Shown piece after piece: positions 19,820-29,167 of a stretch of 64,000 nucleotides of DNA. The stretch covers positions 5,623 through 69,622 of the forward strand of contig MHCP01000030.1 in NCBI GenBank assembly GCA_001816655.1, read 5' to 3'. Every line of letters starts with the position of its first letter. Positions within the stretch are counted from its first letter, which is position 1. This DNA comes from Candidatus Woykebacteria bacterium RBG_13_40_15. GTDB lineage: Bacteria; Patescibacteriota; Microgenomatia; Woykebacterales; RBG-16-39-9b. A program made the translations under genes and the position numbers. A model generated the notes under the pieces. The model ran no database searches, was not told the DNA's origin, and saw only the letters and a program-made list of their open reading frames with translations.

Positions 19820-22534
19820 ATGCTTAAATTTTTAGGTTCTCTCTTAGATTCAAACGAACGAGAATTGAAAAAAATTGATCCCTTGGTCGCCAAAATCAAT
19901 TCTTTGGAAGATGGGGTAAAAAAACTCTCCCCCACAAAGTTTAAAGAAAAAGCAGACCTCTTTAGAAAAGAGATGGAAAAAGGCGAAAATCCAGACGAGT
20001 TTCTACCCGAAGTTTTTGCCTTAGTAAGAGAAGCCGCCCGAAGAACCCTAGGTCAGAGGCATTTTGATGTACAAATAGCTGGCGGTATTATCCTTCACCA
20101 GGGGAAAATAGCTGAGATGAAAACGGGTGAAGGAAAAACTCTTGTTGCCACACTCCCTCTCTCCCTAAACGCTTTAACAGGCAGGGGTGCTCATCTAGTA
20201 ACCGTGAATGATTATTTAGCCAAACGCGATGCCGAATGGATGGGTCCTATCTACCATTACCTGGGTTTATCTGTCGGGGTTATAAATCACGATGTAAGCT
20301 ACCTTTTCGACCCGAACAAAGAAGAGGAGGAAAAAGAGGAATTGAAAGAACAAAGCACAACCCCAGAAGCAGAAGGTTTGGGAGTAGGAAAATTTTTGCG
20401 AGAAGTAACAAGAAGAGAAGCTTACGCAGCTGATATCACCTACGGTACTAATAATGAGTATGGCTTTGATTATTTGCGCGATAATATGGCAGGAAGCCTA
20501 GAGGAAATGGTTCAGCGACCACTCAACTACGCAATCGTCGACGAAGTAGACTCAATTTTAATTGATGAAGCCCGCACTCCTCTTATAATCTCAGCTCCAG
20601 CAGAAGAAAGCACGGAAAAATATTTTCAATTTGCTTCTTTAGTCAGCCGATTAGTTAAAGACACAGATTACGTGATCGATGAGAAACTAAGGACCGCAAA
20701 TTTGACTGAAATTGGCGTGTCTAAAATCGAGCGGATGCTTGGAGTTAAAAATCTTTACGAAAGTGATTTTGAAGCTATTCACCACATCGAAGAGGCCCTA
20801 AAAGCGCAAACTCTTTACCACAAAGATAAGGACTACGTTGTGAAGGAAGGTGAGGTAATAATTGTTGACGAATTTACTGGAAGAATGCTTCCTGGCCGCC
20901 GTTACTCCGAAGGATTGCACCAGGCAATTGAAGCCAAAGAAGGAGTTGCGGTTCAGAAAGAAAGCAAAACCATGGCGACAATTTCTTTTCAAAATCTTTT
21001 CCGATTGTATGAAAAATTAGCCGGAATGACTGGTACTGCAACAACCAGCGCAGAAGAGTTCCACAAAGTTTACAAACTAGATGTGGTTAGTACTCCAACT
21101 CATAAGCCAATGATCAGAGAGGACTTTCCGGATAGTGTCTACAAAACAGAAAAAGCAAAATGGCAGGCTGTGGCAGCAGAGATTGAAGAAAATCACGCTA
21201 AAGGGCAGCCAGTTCTGGTTGGAACTACTTCAATTGAAAAGAATGAGTTGCTCTCAGATTTATTAAAACGCAAGAAAATCCCTCATGAACTGCTTAATGC
21301 AAAAAATCATGAGAGAGAGGCGCAAATTATTGCCAATGCAGGACAGAACGGTAGTGTGACTGTTGCAACCAACATGGCCGGCCGTGGTGTTGATATAAAA
21401 CTTGGCGATGGTGTTGAAAAAATCGGTGGTCTCCATGTAATCGGTACAGAGAGACACGAGGCAAGGAGAATTGATAATCAGCTTCGAGGCAGGTGTGGCC
21501 GGCAAGGAGATCGGGGATCTAGCCGTTTCTTTGTTTCTCTGCAAGACGATATTATGAGGCTTTTTGGCGGAGATACGGTTGCAAAAGTTATGGACACGCT
21601 GAAGATCCCAGAAAATGTCCCAATTGAAAACTCAATGATTTCAAAAGCAATTGAAAGTGCGCAATCTAGAGTCGAGGGGCACAATTTTGATATCAGGAAA
21701 CGTTTAGTAGATTACGACGACGTTTTAAATAAACAAAGAGAAATAATTTATTCGCAACGTCGAAAAATTTTGGAACAGATTACTAAAAAAGACGAAACAG
21801 ATAAAAGTGAGAAAAACCAAAATTTGAAGGACCTGATGCTAGAAAAAATAGGTTCGGAAATTGATCAGATTATAGCGATATCCCAAACGGAGAGCAAAGT
21901 ACCAGACTACGAACAAATCGCAAAAGAGTTTTTTACTGTTACCCCGTTTGATGAAAAATCTCAAGGCCAAATAAAAGATCAGATTGAAAAACTTGGGATA
22001 CCTGAAAAAATAAGTGAGTTTCTATTCGACTTAGCAAAGAAGGTTTACAATGCCAGGGAAGAGCAATATGGTGCGGATGTTACAAGAGAAATAGAAAAGC
22101 TCGTTTTGCTCAACACAATTGATAGCCTCTGGATAAATCACTTGGAAGACATCGATTACTTGCGTGAAGGAATTGGTCTTCGCGGCTACGCTTCAAGAGA
22201 CCCGCTTGTAGAATACAAAGGAGAGGCTTTTAAACTGTTTGAAGATTTAATACGGGCGATTGATTTTGAAGTAACACATAGGATTTTCAAAATCCAACTT
22301 GTCCCACAAAATCAGCAAGCGCAGACAACAACTACAACAAGCGGCAGCTCAAGCTCTACAAGCGAGACTATCGCGTCAACCCCCCTCGCCAATAACCAAT
22401 CACCACTAACCAGTCATAAAAACAAGATTAGCCGCAACGACCCCTGTCCCTGTGGATCTGGATTGAAGTATAAACGTTGTGGCCTTGTAGATAGCCCGAT
22501 ACATCAAGAAAATATGGCCAAGGCTAGAGCCTAA
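19820..22534 (+). CDS. secA: preprotein translocase ATPase SecA
   Basis: The 904-aa product has DEAD-like motor motifs, GEGKTLVATLP with DEVDSILIDEARTPLIIS, and the C-terminal zinc-binding tail CPCGSGLKYKRCG. Confidence 0.95.
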   Translation: MLKFLGSLLDSNERELKKIDPLVAKINSLEDGVKKLSPTKFKEKADLFRKEMEKGENPDEFLPEVFALVREAARRTLGQRHFDVQIAGGIILHQGKIAEMKTGEGKTLVATLPLSLNALTGRGAHLVTVNDYLAKRDAEWMGPIYHYLGLSVGVINHDVSYLFDPNKEEEEKEELKEQSTTPEAEGLGVGKFLREVTRREAYAADITYGTNNEYGFDYLRDNMAGSLEEMVQRPLNYAIVDEVDSILIDEARTPLIISAPAEESTEKYFQFASLVSRLVKDTDYVIDEKLRTANLTEIGVSKIERMLGVKNLYESDFEAIHHIEEALKAQTLYHKDKDYVVKEGEVIIVDEFTGRMLPGRRYSEGLHQAIEAKEGVAVQKESKTMATISFQNLFRLYEKLAGMTGTATTSAEEFHKVYKLDVVSTPTHKPMIREDFPDSVYKTEKAKWQAVAAEIEENHAKGQPVLVGTTSIEKNELLSDLLKRKKIPHELLNAKNHEREAQIIANAGQNGSVTVATNMAGRGVDIKLGDGVEKIGGLHVIGTERHEARRIDNQLRGRCGRQGDRGSSRFFVSLQDDIMRLFGGDTVAKVMDTLKIPENVPIENSMISKAIESAQSRVEGHNFDIRKRLVDYDDVLNKQREIIYSQRRKILEQITKKDETDKSEKNQNLKDLMLEKIGSEIDQIIAISQTESKVPDYEQIAKEFFTVTPFDEKSQGQIKDQIEKLGIPEKISEFLFDLAKKVYNAREEQYGADVTREIEKLVLLNTIDSLWINHLEDIDYLREGIGLRGYASRDPLVEYKGEAFKLFEDLIRAIDFEVTHRIFKIQLVPQNQQAQTTTTTSGSSSSTSETIASTPLANNQSPLTSHKNKISRNDPCPCGSGLKYKRCGLVDSPIHQENMAKARA

Positions 22535-22600
22535 AATCACACTAATTTCTCTAAACTATAGGGCTAAATTTTGGGGTGTTTGTAACTTATTACCTCCGTG
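22470..22600 (+). repeat. repeat copy A: native secA 3' end plus downstream segment (master copy of island-boundary repeat)
   Basis: The sequence cgttgtggccttgtagatagcccgatacatcaagaaaatatggccaaggctagagcctaaaat...ctatagggctaaattttggggtgttt recurs in degenerate form at 24235-24335 and 25085-25230. Confidence 0.7.
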
Positions 22601-22701
22601 TGGGGTCCAAATTTGTTTATTCAATAATGATTATTAGATTAATCGCTCAGCCAAAACCTCAAAATAGTTCTAATTATGTAGAAACAGTATCGGATTCTTA
22701 G

Positions 22702-23670
22702 CTATAAGACGATATTGAACAGGTAACCTGTGAAAATTATCCCTAAACCAACAATCGAGGCAAAAGTAATTATTAGTTTAGGTTTCAAAACCTTCCTAAG
22801 GATGATAAATTCAGGTAATGATAAGGCTGTGACAGACATCATAAAGGCCAAAGCAGTTCCCATTGCCATACCTTTATCAATCAAAACAGAAACGATAGGG
22901 ATTGTTCCTGCTGCGTTTGAATAGAGTGGGATACCGATTACGGTTGCCAAAGGAACAGCAAAAAAGTTTCCTTTACCTGCATAACTAACAAGAAAATCGT
23001 TTGGAATATAACCGTGTATAACTGACCCTAGAGCAACACCGCTAATAATATAAAGCCAAACTTTACCTACTATTTCTTTTGAGTAATTAACTGCGTAGTT
23101 TACCCTGTCTTTGAAAGTTAGTGTTTGTTCACTGCCATTTGCTGCCTTTACCTTATAAACAAATTCCTCTACCCACTTTTCAAGTTTTAATTTGCCTAGG
23201 ATACTTCCGGCAACAGTAGCTATCAAAACACCGCTGACAACATAGATTAAAGCGATTTTCCAACCAAACAGGCCCCAAAGAAGAATAAGGGCGACTTCAT
23301 TTACCATAGGAGAAGATATTAAGAAGGAAAAAGTGACACCTAAAGGAACTCCCGCCTCAACAAATCCGATAAATAATGGTACTGCAGAGCAAGAGCAAAA
23401 TGGCGTAACAATTCCAACCGTGGCAGCTAAGAAGTTATTTAGTAGTGGAAATTTTTGATTCGATAGATACTTCTTTGTTTTTTTAGGAGGGAAGTAAGAG
23501 CGAATAATGGATACAATAAAAATAATAGCCGATAAGAGAATGATGATTTTGATTGTGTCGTAGATAAAAAAGTTTAATGACTTTGCTAACGCAGAACTTT
23601 GGTCAACTTTAAGCAGAGTTTCGGTAATAAATTTAGAAAATAACTCTAACGGATAGAATATCTTATCCAT
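22702..23670 (-). CDS. arsP: ArsP-like permease (DUF318/UPF0718 family, putative organoarsenical efflux)
   Basis: The product is polytopic and carries the TPFCSCS motif in VTPFCSCSAVPLFIGFVEAG. It sits in an operon with arsR and a thioredoxin-like protein. Confidence 0.7.
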   Translation of the reverse strand: MDKIFYPLELFSKFITETLLKVDQSSALAKSLNFFIYDTIKIIILLSAIIFIVSIIRSYFPPKKTKKYLSNQKFPLLNNFLAATVGIVTPFCSCSAVPLFIGFVEAGVPLGVTFSFLISSPMVNEVALILLWGLFGWKIALIYVVSGVLIATVAGSILGKLKLEKWVEEFVYKVKAANGSEQTLTFKDRVNYAVNYSKEIVGKVWLYIISGVALGSVIHGYIPNDFLVSYAGKGNFFAVPLATVIGIPLYSNAAGTIPIVSVLIDKGMAMGTALAFMMSVTALSLPEFIILRKVLKPKLIITFASIVGLGIIFTGYLFNIVL

Positions 23671-23942
23671 TAACAGCAGTCCTTATCAGAACAACAGTTA
23701 TCACCACAAGTATTTTCTAGAATTGCCTCTTTTACGCCCTCAACACTAAAACTTTTGACTTCCGCTAGTGTTCCATCGACTGTAAGTATAGGGCCGTGCA
23801 CAAGACTCATCTCAACTATCTCTTGGACATTTGTTGAGTACTCAATTTCAGCATCAATGTTCGCTTCTTTAACTGCTTCTTTTGCCATTTCGTACAGTTT
23901 TTTACAAGTGGGACAACCCGAACCGATAATTTTAATTTTCAT
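23670..23942 (-). CDS. thioredoxin-fold redox-active disulfide protein 2 (ars-operon associated)
   Basis: The N-terminal CPTCKKLYEMAKEAV has a CxxC in a thioredoxin-like small protein. The C-terminal Cys cluster is GDNCCSDKDCC. Confidence 0.7.
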   Translation of the reverse strand: MKIKIIGSGCPTCKKLYEMAKEAVKEANIDAEIEYSTNVQEIVEMSLVHGPILTVDGTLAEVKSFSVEGVKEAILENTCGDNCCSDKDCC

Positions 23943-24201
23943 TATTTCCTCCTATTTTATTTAATGCTTTTATAATGTTATGAAGGCCATTTTTATTGAG
24001 TGAATAGTAGTTATTCTTACCACAACGACAGTTTTCAATTATTCCTGCTTCTTTTAGTACGCCTAGGTGATGGGAGACAAGATTTTGAGGAAGTTTTACT
24101 TTTTTCTCGATTTCGCAAACGCACAAAGAACCTTTTGATAGTAGTTCAACTATCTTTAATCTATTTTCTTCCGCTAAGGCCTTAAACATATCAATCATCA
24201 T
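23932..24201 (-). CDS. arsR: ArsR/SmtB family metalloregulatory transcriptional repressor
   Basis: It has a wHTH domain with the metal-binding CVC, LSKGSLCVCEIEKKVKLPQNLVSHHLGVLKEAGII. Confidence 0.85.
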   Translation of the reverse strand: MMIDMFKALAEENRLKIVELLSKGSLCVCEIEKKVKLPQNLVSHHLGVLKEAGIIENCRCGKNNYYSLNKNGLHNIIKALNKIGGNNEN

Positions 24202-24234
24202 TGATATGATACAACTGGTTGCTTGTTTTAGTCA

Positions 24235-24335
24235 AGGGCTATATGTGCACCATTACACAAGCACTTCAAAAAATGCGGGCTTGTAGATAGCCCTACCCAT
24301 CAAGAAAATATGGCTAAGGCTAAACCATAATATTA
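24235..24335 (+). repeat. repeat copy B: degenerate in-frame copy of secA 3' end
   Basis: tgcgggcttgtagatagccctacccatcaagaaaatatggctaaggctaaaccataa translates in frame to CGLVDSPTHQENMAKAKP* with the stop codon retained. The secA end reads CGLVDSPIHQENMAKARA*. Most differences are at synonymous positions. Confidence 0.7.
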
Positions 24336-24394
24336 TTCTAATCTTCCAAGTAACTCCAAATGCGACTTGACAAGATACAACAATATGTAATACA

Positions 24395-24643
24395 ATGTGT
24401 TACGTAATGAAACCCGAATCATTGCCAAGAAAAATTTTAAATGTATCTATTACCCCAACAATCGAAAATGAAGTAACTTCAATTGCAAAGCAGGAGCAAA
24501 AAACTAAAAGTGAAGTGGTACGCGATGCTATACGCCAGTACAGTATTTCAAGATCCTTAAACAAAATCTATGCTTATGGAAGAGAACGATCCCAAAGTTT
24601 AGGCATCGAAACCTACGAAGATATTGAAAGAATAGCTGGTTAA
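24395..24643 (+). CDS. putative ribbon-helix-helix antitoxin
   Basis: This small ORF immediately precedes the PIN toxin and overlaps it at taATGa. A CopG/RHH-like segment, KTKSEVVRDAIRQY, is present. Confidence 0.5.
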   Translation: MCYVMKPESLPRKILNVSITPTIENEVTSIAKQEQKTKSEVVRDAIRQYSISRSLNKIYAYGRERSQSLGIETYEDIERIAG

Positions 24644-25065
24644 TGAAAGTAGTTTTTGATACTAACGTCCTGATTGCTAACGCTTTAAAAGATGGATTTA
24701 CCAGAGAAATATTTAAACTAGCCGCCAACGGCACTATAGATCTCTTAACCTCAAATCCAATCCTTTCCGAATTAGAAGAAAAACTTAAGATCAAATTTTC
24801 TTGGGAAGAATCAAAAATAAACCAGTATCTGACCGTAATACGAGAAATATCCCAAGTTATAGAGCCTACGGAAAAAATAGATGTCATAAAAAACGATCCA
24901 GATGATAATAAAATTCTCGAGTGTGCGGCAGCTGGAAAAGCTGATCTAATAGTATCGTCAGATAAGGATTTAATAAAACTTAAAAATTTCCAGAGTATTG
25001 GGATAATTCACCCTAGGACTTTATCTTGGACCTTTCCTAAATATTTCAAGAAGAACAAGCCTTAA
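24643..25065 (+). CDS. PIN-domain toxin (VapC-like ribonuclease)
   Basis: MKVVFDTNVLI has the first acidic residue. Further acidic residues are in SELEEKL and DPDDNKILECA...LIVSSDKDL. The fold is a typical PIN and the product is 140 aa. Confidence 0.75.
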   Translation: MKVVFDTNVLIANALKDGFTREIFKLAANGTIDLLTSNPILSELEEKLKIKFSWEESKINQYLTVIREISQVIEPTEKIDVIKNDPDDNKILECAAAGKADLIVSSDKDLIKLKNFQSIGIIHPRTLSWTFPKYFKKNKP

Positions 25066-25084
25066 AGGTTTTAGCAGTCGTTTA

Positions 25085-25230
25085 AACCTATATGTGTACC
25101 ATTACACTAGCACTTCAAACGTTGTGGGGTTGTAAATAGTCCGATAAATCAAGAAAATATGGCTGAAGCTAGAGCCTAAAACTCCCTTAAATTTCTAAAA
25201 TTATAGGATTAAAATTTGGGTGTTTTAGTC
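25085..25230 (+). repeat. repeat copy C: degenerate in-frame copy of secA 3' end plus downstream segment
   Basis: aaacgttgtggggttgtaaatagtccgataaatcaagaaaatatggctgaagctagagcctaaaa is in frame as KRCGVVNSPINQENMAEARA*. The following ttataggattaaaatttgggtgtttt matches the region downstream of secA. Confidence 0.7.
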
Positions 25231-25311
25231 CACGAAGTGGTTGCATAACTCAAGGAGATCTATAACTTATTACACCCCCAGAAGTCTCAATAAAGTTACC
25301 CAAAAGAGTTT

Positions 25312-25845
25312 TTATTTTTTAGCAACCTGCAAGATATCTTTCTTTTTCAGGACAATATTTGAAGAACAATTATTTAGAAGTGCTCGGCTTATAAAATTTT
25401 CAAATCCAACATATATTATTTCTTTACCTTCGTCTTTTGCAGTTTTTATGGCAGGCAAAAGATCTGTGTCTGAAGAGATTAAATAGCATTTGTCATATTC
25501 ATTCTTGATAGAACCACGAACAATATCCACAGCAATCTGAACATCAACACCCTTCTCGTGAAATTTACCATCGGACATTAATAAATAACCCAGTTTTATC
25601 TCAATACGTTGATTTCTTAAGCTAGTAAAAAGTTTTTGTTGGTTAGAATAAAGAGTAAGGGATTTTTTATTGTTGTCATATTGCTTTATCTCCCCAACGT
25701 AGTAAATCAAATTTATATTTCCAGCTTTTACAATAGATTTTGCTAATGCAGCGTAATCAAATTCTGTCAGATGAAGTTTAGGAAGAATTTTCTTCACCTT
25801 ATTGTAAAAATTACTGCCATCAAACTGGACTAATATTTTTTCCAT
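25312..25845 (-). CDS. NYN-domain (LabA-like) putative ribonuclease
   Basis: The NYN motifs are LVQFDGSNFYNKV, HEKGVDVQIAVDIV and LISSDTDLLPAIK. Confidence 0.7.
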   Translation of the reverse strand: MEKILVQFDGSNFYNKVKKILPKLHLTEFDYAALAKSIVKAGNINLIYYVGEIKQYDNNKKSLTLYSNQQKLFTSLRNQRIEIKLGYLLMSDGKFHEKGVDVQIAVDIVRGSIKNEYDKCYLISSDTDLLPAIKTAKDEGKEIIYVGFENFISRALLNNCSSNIVLKKKDILQVAKK

Positions 25846-25989
25846 TTTGTTTATTGTAAGGTAAATAAAACTGACTGCAACAAAAACCCCCAGCTCGAAT
25901 TGAACTGGGGGGAATTAGCAACTTAATAGTTCTTTTCAGAACCAGCCTTATACTATCACAATTATAGAAACAACACAATATTAAATGTA

Positions 25990-26045
25990 TCCCATTAAAC
26001 AAGCACTTCAAGAAGTGTGGTCTAATCAACGCACCGCAACACAAG
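25990..26045 (+). repeat. repeat copy D: partial copy of the element-side part of the boundary repeat
   Basis: cccattaaacaagcacttcaagaagtgtggtctaatcaacgcaccgcaacac is similar to the upstream halves of copies B and C, accattacac(a/t)agcacttcaaa. It shares taatcaacgcac with copy E. Confidence 0.45.
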
Positions 26046-26171
26046 GGATAAAGTGTAGGAAAGAAAGCCCTATTAATCCTCATTAGTTGGAGCCAAATTA
26101 CCACATTTTTGTTAAAATGGTTTGTTAGTTTAAGAAATTAGGGTGGGAATTGAATTATAATTTGGTCGCTA

Positions 26172-29027
26172 TTGATGAAAGACCAACCTCGAAGCAACAA
26201 AAAAAAGAGGATTGATACAAGTTCGGAATTTTTCTACTCAGAAACGCTTCATAAGTATATCCCCTTGGATTTTCTTAAGGTCGATGAACGAATTGTGGTA
26301 GCAGCGAATAAGTTACACCTAAAACTAGATTGGGATGATGAAGGGCGGATTTGCAATATAAGTTTTATCGATGCCAAGAGACTTATTGATGTGTTAGGAT
26401 CCCATCTTTTAACCCCTGCCGAATACTGGCAGGTTTATGAGGAGATTCGAAAAAGTGGGAATAATCAGATGCTTAGTTTATTGCAATCCAATACTGCGAC
26501 TGAATGGTTAGACGCAGTGTTTGAAAGAAACGCTAACGGAGTTGTCTACATGACTGGGCACCCAAAGATTAAATATAGCAGCGGAAAAGCTGAGTTCGTA
26601 GGCGACCGTCGGAAGATTATTCAACCGGTTGCCACACCTGGTTGGTTTAACCCCACAAACAATATTGATAAACAAACCGGAATGCCGCTTAGGGTAGAAA
26701 CACGAAGAGAAAAAGGCTCCCCCAGCTGGAGTGAAACTACCTGGAAGTATTGGTCAACATTTAAAGTTGGGTACTTTGTAGCCGGCATACGCGGTTATGT
26801 AACTTCTTCAGGAACACCTTCACTCGATATGGGTATCCCGGTTGAAAACACACAGCGCTTCCTAATGATCCGAGAATGTCGGGACAAATTAGTGATCCCA
26901 GAGTTACCACCGCAACTTCTAGCAAAAGCAAAACGTTTGATAGAAGCTTATATAAAGACGACCGTGGGCACCCCTGGGATAAAAAATCCTAAAGAACACG
27001 AAAAGTTTTATGGGATGAAAGAAACGGTATTTAAATTTCTAACAAAATGTAGAAATGGGCTATTTACATCACGGGGGAAAGAAGCAAGGGAAATACAAGA
27101 GAAATTAATTGATATGTTAGGTATATTGAAGATTGAGGCGTTGAGAAAAAAAGATAATGACACTATAAAAGCTCTTGAAAGGATCACCCCAAATCTTTTC
27201 CCAAGACCTTCAAAGTTTGGTTTTTATCACTCTTTGGTAGATTTTTTAGAAAAATCCCGCGAAAGGCTTAAAAAGGCAATATCGGAAAACAAACCAATCG
27301 TGTTTGTGATGGGCCATAAGAACCCAGACACCGACACGGTAATAAGTTCTTTATTTGAAGCATATCGTAATTTTTCCTTAGACCAAACCACTTGTTTTGT
27401 ACCGTTAGTTCAAGCTTCCCGTATTCCAGATGAGATAAAACGCCTTTTGGGCCAGCGAATATCTAATGGCTTTCTTTTATCAACCGAGAAAATCTACCAA
27501 CAGGCGTTGGCGCTAGGCCAAGCTAGGTGGATTATGGTCGACCATAGTAGAAGTGAGCAACAGAAATTTACAATCAGTATTGTTGATCATCATATTTTAT
27601 CGACAACCGCCGCGCGCCAGGCAATTCCCAAAACGTGGGAGATGATTGGATCTTGCTCCGCCCAAATTACGCAAAAGATTTTTGGGGTCGGGATAGTACC
27701 CGATCAAGAGATGGCACGACTTCTGCAAGGAGCAGCGCTTATGGATACGGAAAACCGGGGGCCTAAAAAGATGACTTACAAGGACGAATTGATAATGGAT
27801 GCCTTGAGAGCTATTTCCGGGATACAGGATGAGAACCGTTTCTATCAGGATTTGATGAGCAGCCTCCTAAATACCGACGACCCAACCCGTCTGTTTGAGC
27901 GAGATTATAAGGAGGACTGGGGCATATTTGGATTTGCAGTAGCTAAAGTCAAAAATGTCTTTGATACACGAGGAGACGAACTTAAACCGGAACTTCTGAT
28001 TAAGATAGTAAGCGAAGCGGAAAGGAACAACAAACAAAAAAATTTTTGTCTGACAATAGTCAAAGTGGTTGACTATGAGGATGATAACGAGAGAGTAAAT
28101 CGTGAAAGAGTATATTTGGTTTTTAACGATTACGCCCCGGAAAAGTTTAGAGCTGTGACGTTCGAATGTCTGGAGAGAATAATCAGACATGAATTCGGAG
28201 AACGAGTAAAAATCAGAAGGCTTAATAATGCAGTCGAGTTTTGGGGAGTAGGCGATCAACTCTCTCGCAAGGTAACCGCTCCAACGTTTGAACCAATTGT
28301 ATCGGCATTTAATGAATACTATTATTCTCCTGCTATTGGGGTTCACGTTAAAAGAGACTTCTTAAGAGTAGATGAAGAAATTACTAGCTTCGCAAAAGAA
28401 CTAGGAATAAAACTTTACACTGATAAGGAAGGTAGGGTTTGTAACATTACATTTAATGAAGCTAAATGTTTGCTTGATAGCCTTGGTTTTACAATGTTAA
28501 GCTTACCGGAATATTGGCGGGTCTTGAGCGAAGTTACTAAAGTTAATGATGTTCAAATGAACCAACATTTACGCTCTAGAGGATTTGTGGAATTTCTGGA
28601 TACAGTGATTCTCGATCATCAGTTTTCGCTAAATCATCCACATATTACCGGATCGGGCGAAAATATAACATATAAAGGAAAAATAAACAAAGTCGAGATT
28701 CCGGTGGCTCTTCCAGCTCTAATTTATCCCAACGAAATTGACCAAAAGACTGGTTTACCAACTAAAACTTACGAAGCGCAGGAAAGCTATGCCGATGTAA
28801 AAGCCTGGCGATATTGGTCCCCAGATGCTCCCGTATGTATACCCACTCGTGGATATATATTTTTAATCGATAAACCAGCGTTGGATTTAAAGATTCACCC
28901 CAATGATGCTTTACCAAACTTGGGGATTAGAGTAGCCGCTAAAAAGCTTATATATCCAAATATCGAATTTCAGGAGACAAAAAAAGGACTTGAGATTAAA
29001 ATAGTTAGACCTCGGACAGCAGTTTGA
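26172..29027 (+). CDS. 951-aa protein with central DHH-family phosphoesterase domain flanked by an internally duplicated ~200-aa domain of unknown function
   Basis: The DHH motifs are FVMGHKNPDTDTVISS (I/II), MVDHSRS, IVDHHILST (DHH motif III) and GAALMDTENRG (motif IV-like). The N-terminal segment FLKVDERIVVAANKLHLKLDWDDEGRICNISFIDAKRLIDVLG...YWQVYEEI is repeated near the C-terminus as FLRVDEEITSFAKELGIKLYTDKEGRVCNITFNEAKCLLDSLG...YWRVLSEV, including the IDKQTGMPL/IDQKTGLPT motif. Confidence 0.7.
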   Translation: MMKDQPRSNKKKRIDTSSEFFYSETLHKYIPLDFLKVDERIVVAANKLHLKLDWDDEGRICNISFIDAKRLIDVLGSHLLTPAEYWQVYEEIRKSGNNQMLSLLQSNTATEWLDAVFERNANGVVYMTGHPKIKYSSGKAEFVGDRRKIIQPVATPGWFNPTNNIDKQTGMPLRVETRREKGSPSWSETTWKYWSTFKVGYFVAGIRGYVTSSGTPSLDMGIPVENTQRFLMIRECRDKLVIPELPPQLLAKAKRLIEAYIKTTVGTPGIKNPKEHEKFYGMKETVFKFLTKCRNGLFTSRGKEAREIQEKLIDMLGILKIEALRKKDNDTIKALERITPNLFPRPSKFGFYHSLVDFLEKSRERLKKAISENKPIVFVMGHKNPDTDTVISSLFEAYRNFSLDQTTCFVPLVQASRIPDEIKRLLGQRISNGFLLSTEKIYQQALALGQARWIMVDHSRSEQQKFTISIVDHHILSTTAARQAIPKTWEMIGSCSAQITQKIFGVGIVPDQEMARLLQGAALMDTENRGPKKMTYKDELIMDALRAISGIQDENRFYQDLMSSLLNTDDPTRLFERDYKEDWGIFGFAVAKVKNVFDTRGDELKPELLIKIVSEAERNNKQKNFCLTIVKVVDYEDDNERVNRERVYLVFNDYAPEKFRAVTFECLERIIRHEFGERVKIRRLNNAVEFWGVGDQLSRKVTAPTFEPIVSAFNEYYYSPAIGVHVKRDFLRVDEEITSFAKELGIKLYTDKEGRVCNITFNEAKCLLDSLGFTMLSLPEYWRVLSEVTKVNDVQMNQHLRSRGFVEFLDTVILDHQFSLNHPHITGSGENITYKGKINKVEIPVALPALIYPNEIDQKTGLPTKTYEAQESYADVKAWRYWSPDAPVCIPTRGYIFLIDKPALDLKIHPNDALPNLGIRVAAKKLIYPNIEFQETKKGLEIKIVRPRTAV

Positions 29028-29054
29028 GGCGCATTGTCCTAATAGTATTTCAAG

Positions 29055-29090
29055 AATTTTTGTTTAATCAACGCACTACAGTATAAAGGT
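29055..29090 (+). repeat. repeat copy E: short partial copy resembling copy D (putative far boundary of the cassette region)
   Basis: tttcaagaatttttgtttaatcaacgcactacag is compared with D, cttcaagaagtgtggtctaatcaacgcaccgcaac. They share the 12-mer taatcaacgcac and its flanks. Confidence 0.35.
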
Positions 29091-29167
29091 TAGCAATTTC
29101 TAATTTCTCATAAAGCACCCTTATACAATAAAGCAGTTGACTAGCAGGCTGTTTCAATCGATAATAT

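Noticed and set aside
25820-26104. 94-aa minus-strand ORF and the hairpin cccccag...ctggggg at 25893-25918
   Set aside because: The ORF is Cys/Leu-rich with no motif, and it lies across the boundary repeat D. The hairpin is real but its strand and function are ambiguous, so it was not annotated as a terminator.
22470-29167. Integron interpretation of the cassette array
   Set aside because: No IntI-type integrase and no attI are present in the window. The inter-cassette repeats are copies of a protein-coding gene end, not attC-type imperfect palindromes. Serial site-specific island integration fits better.
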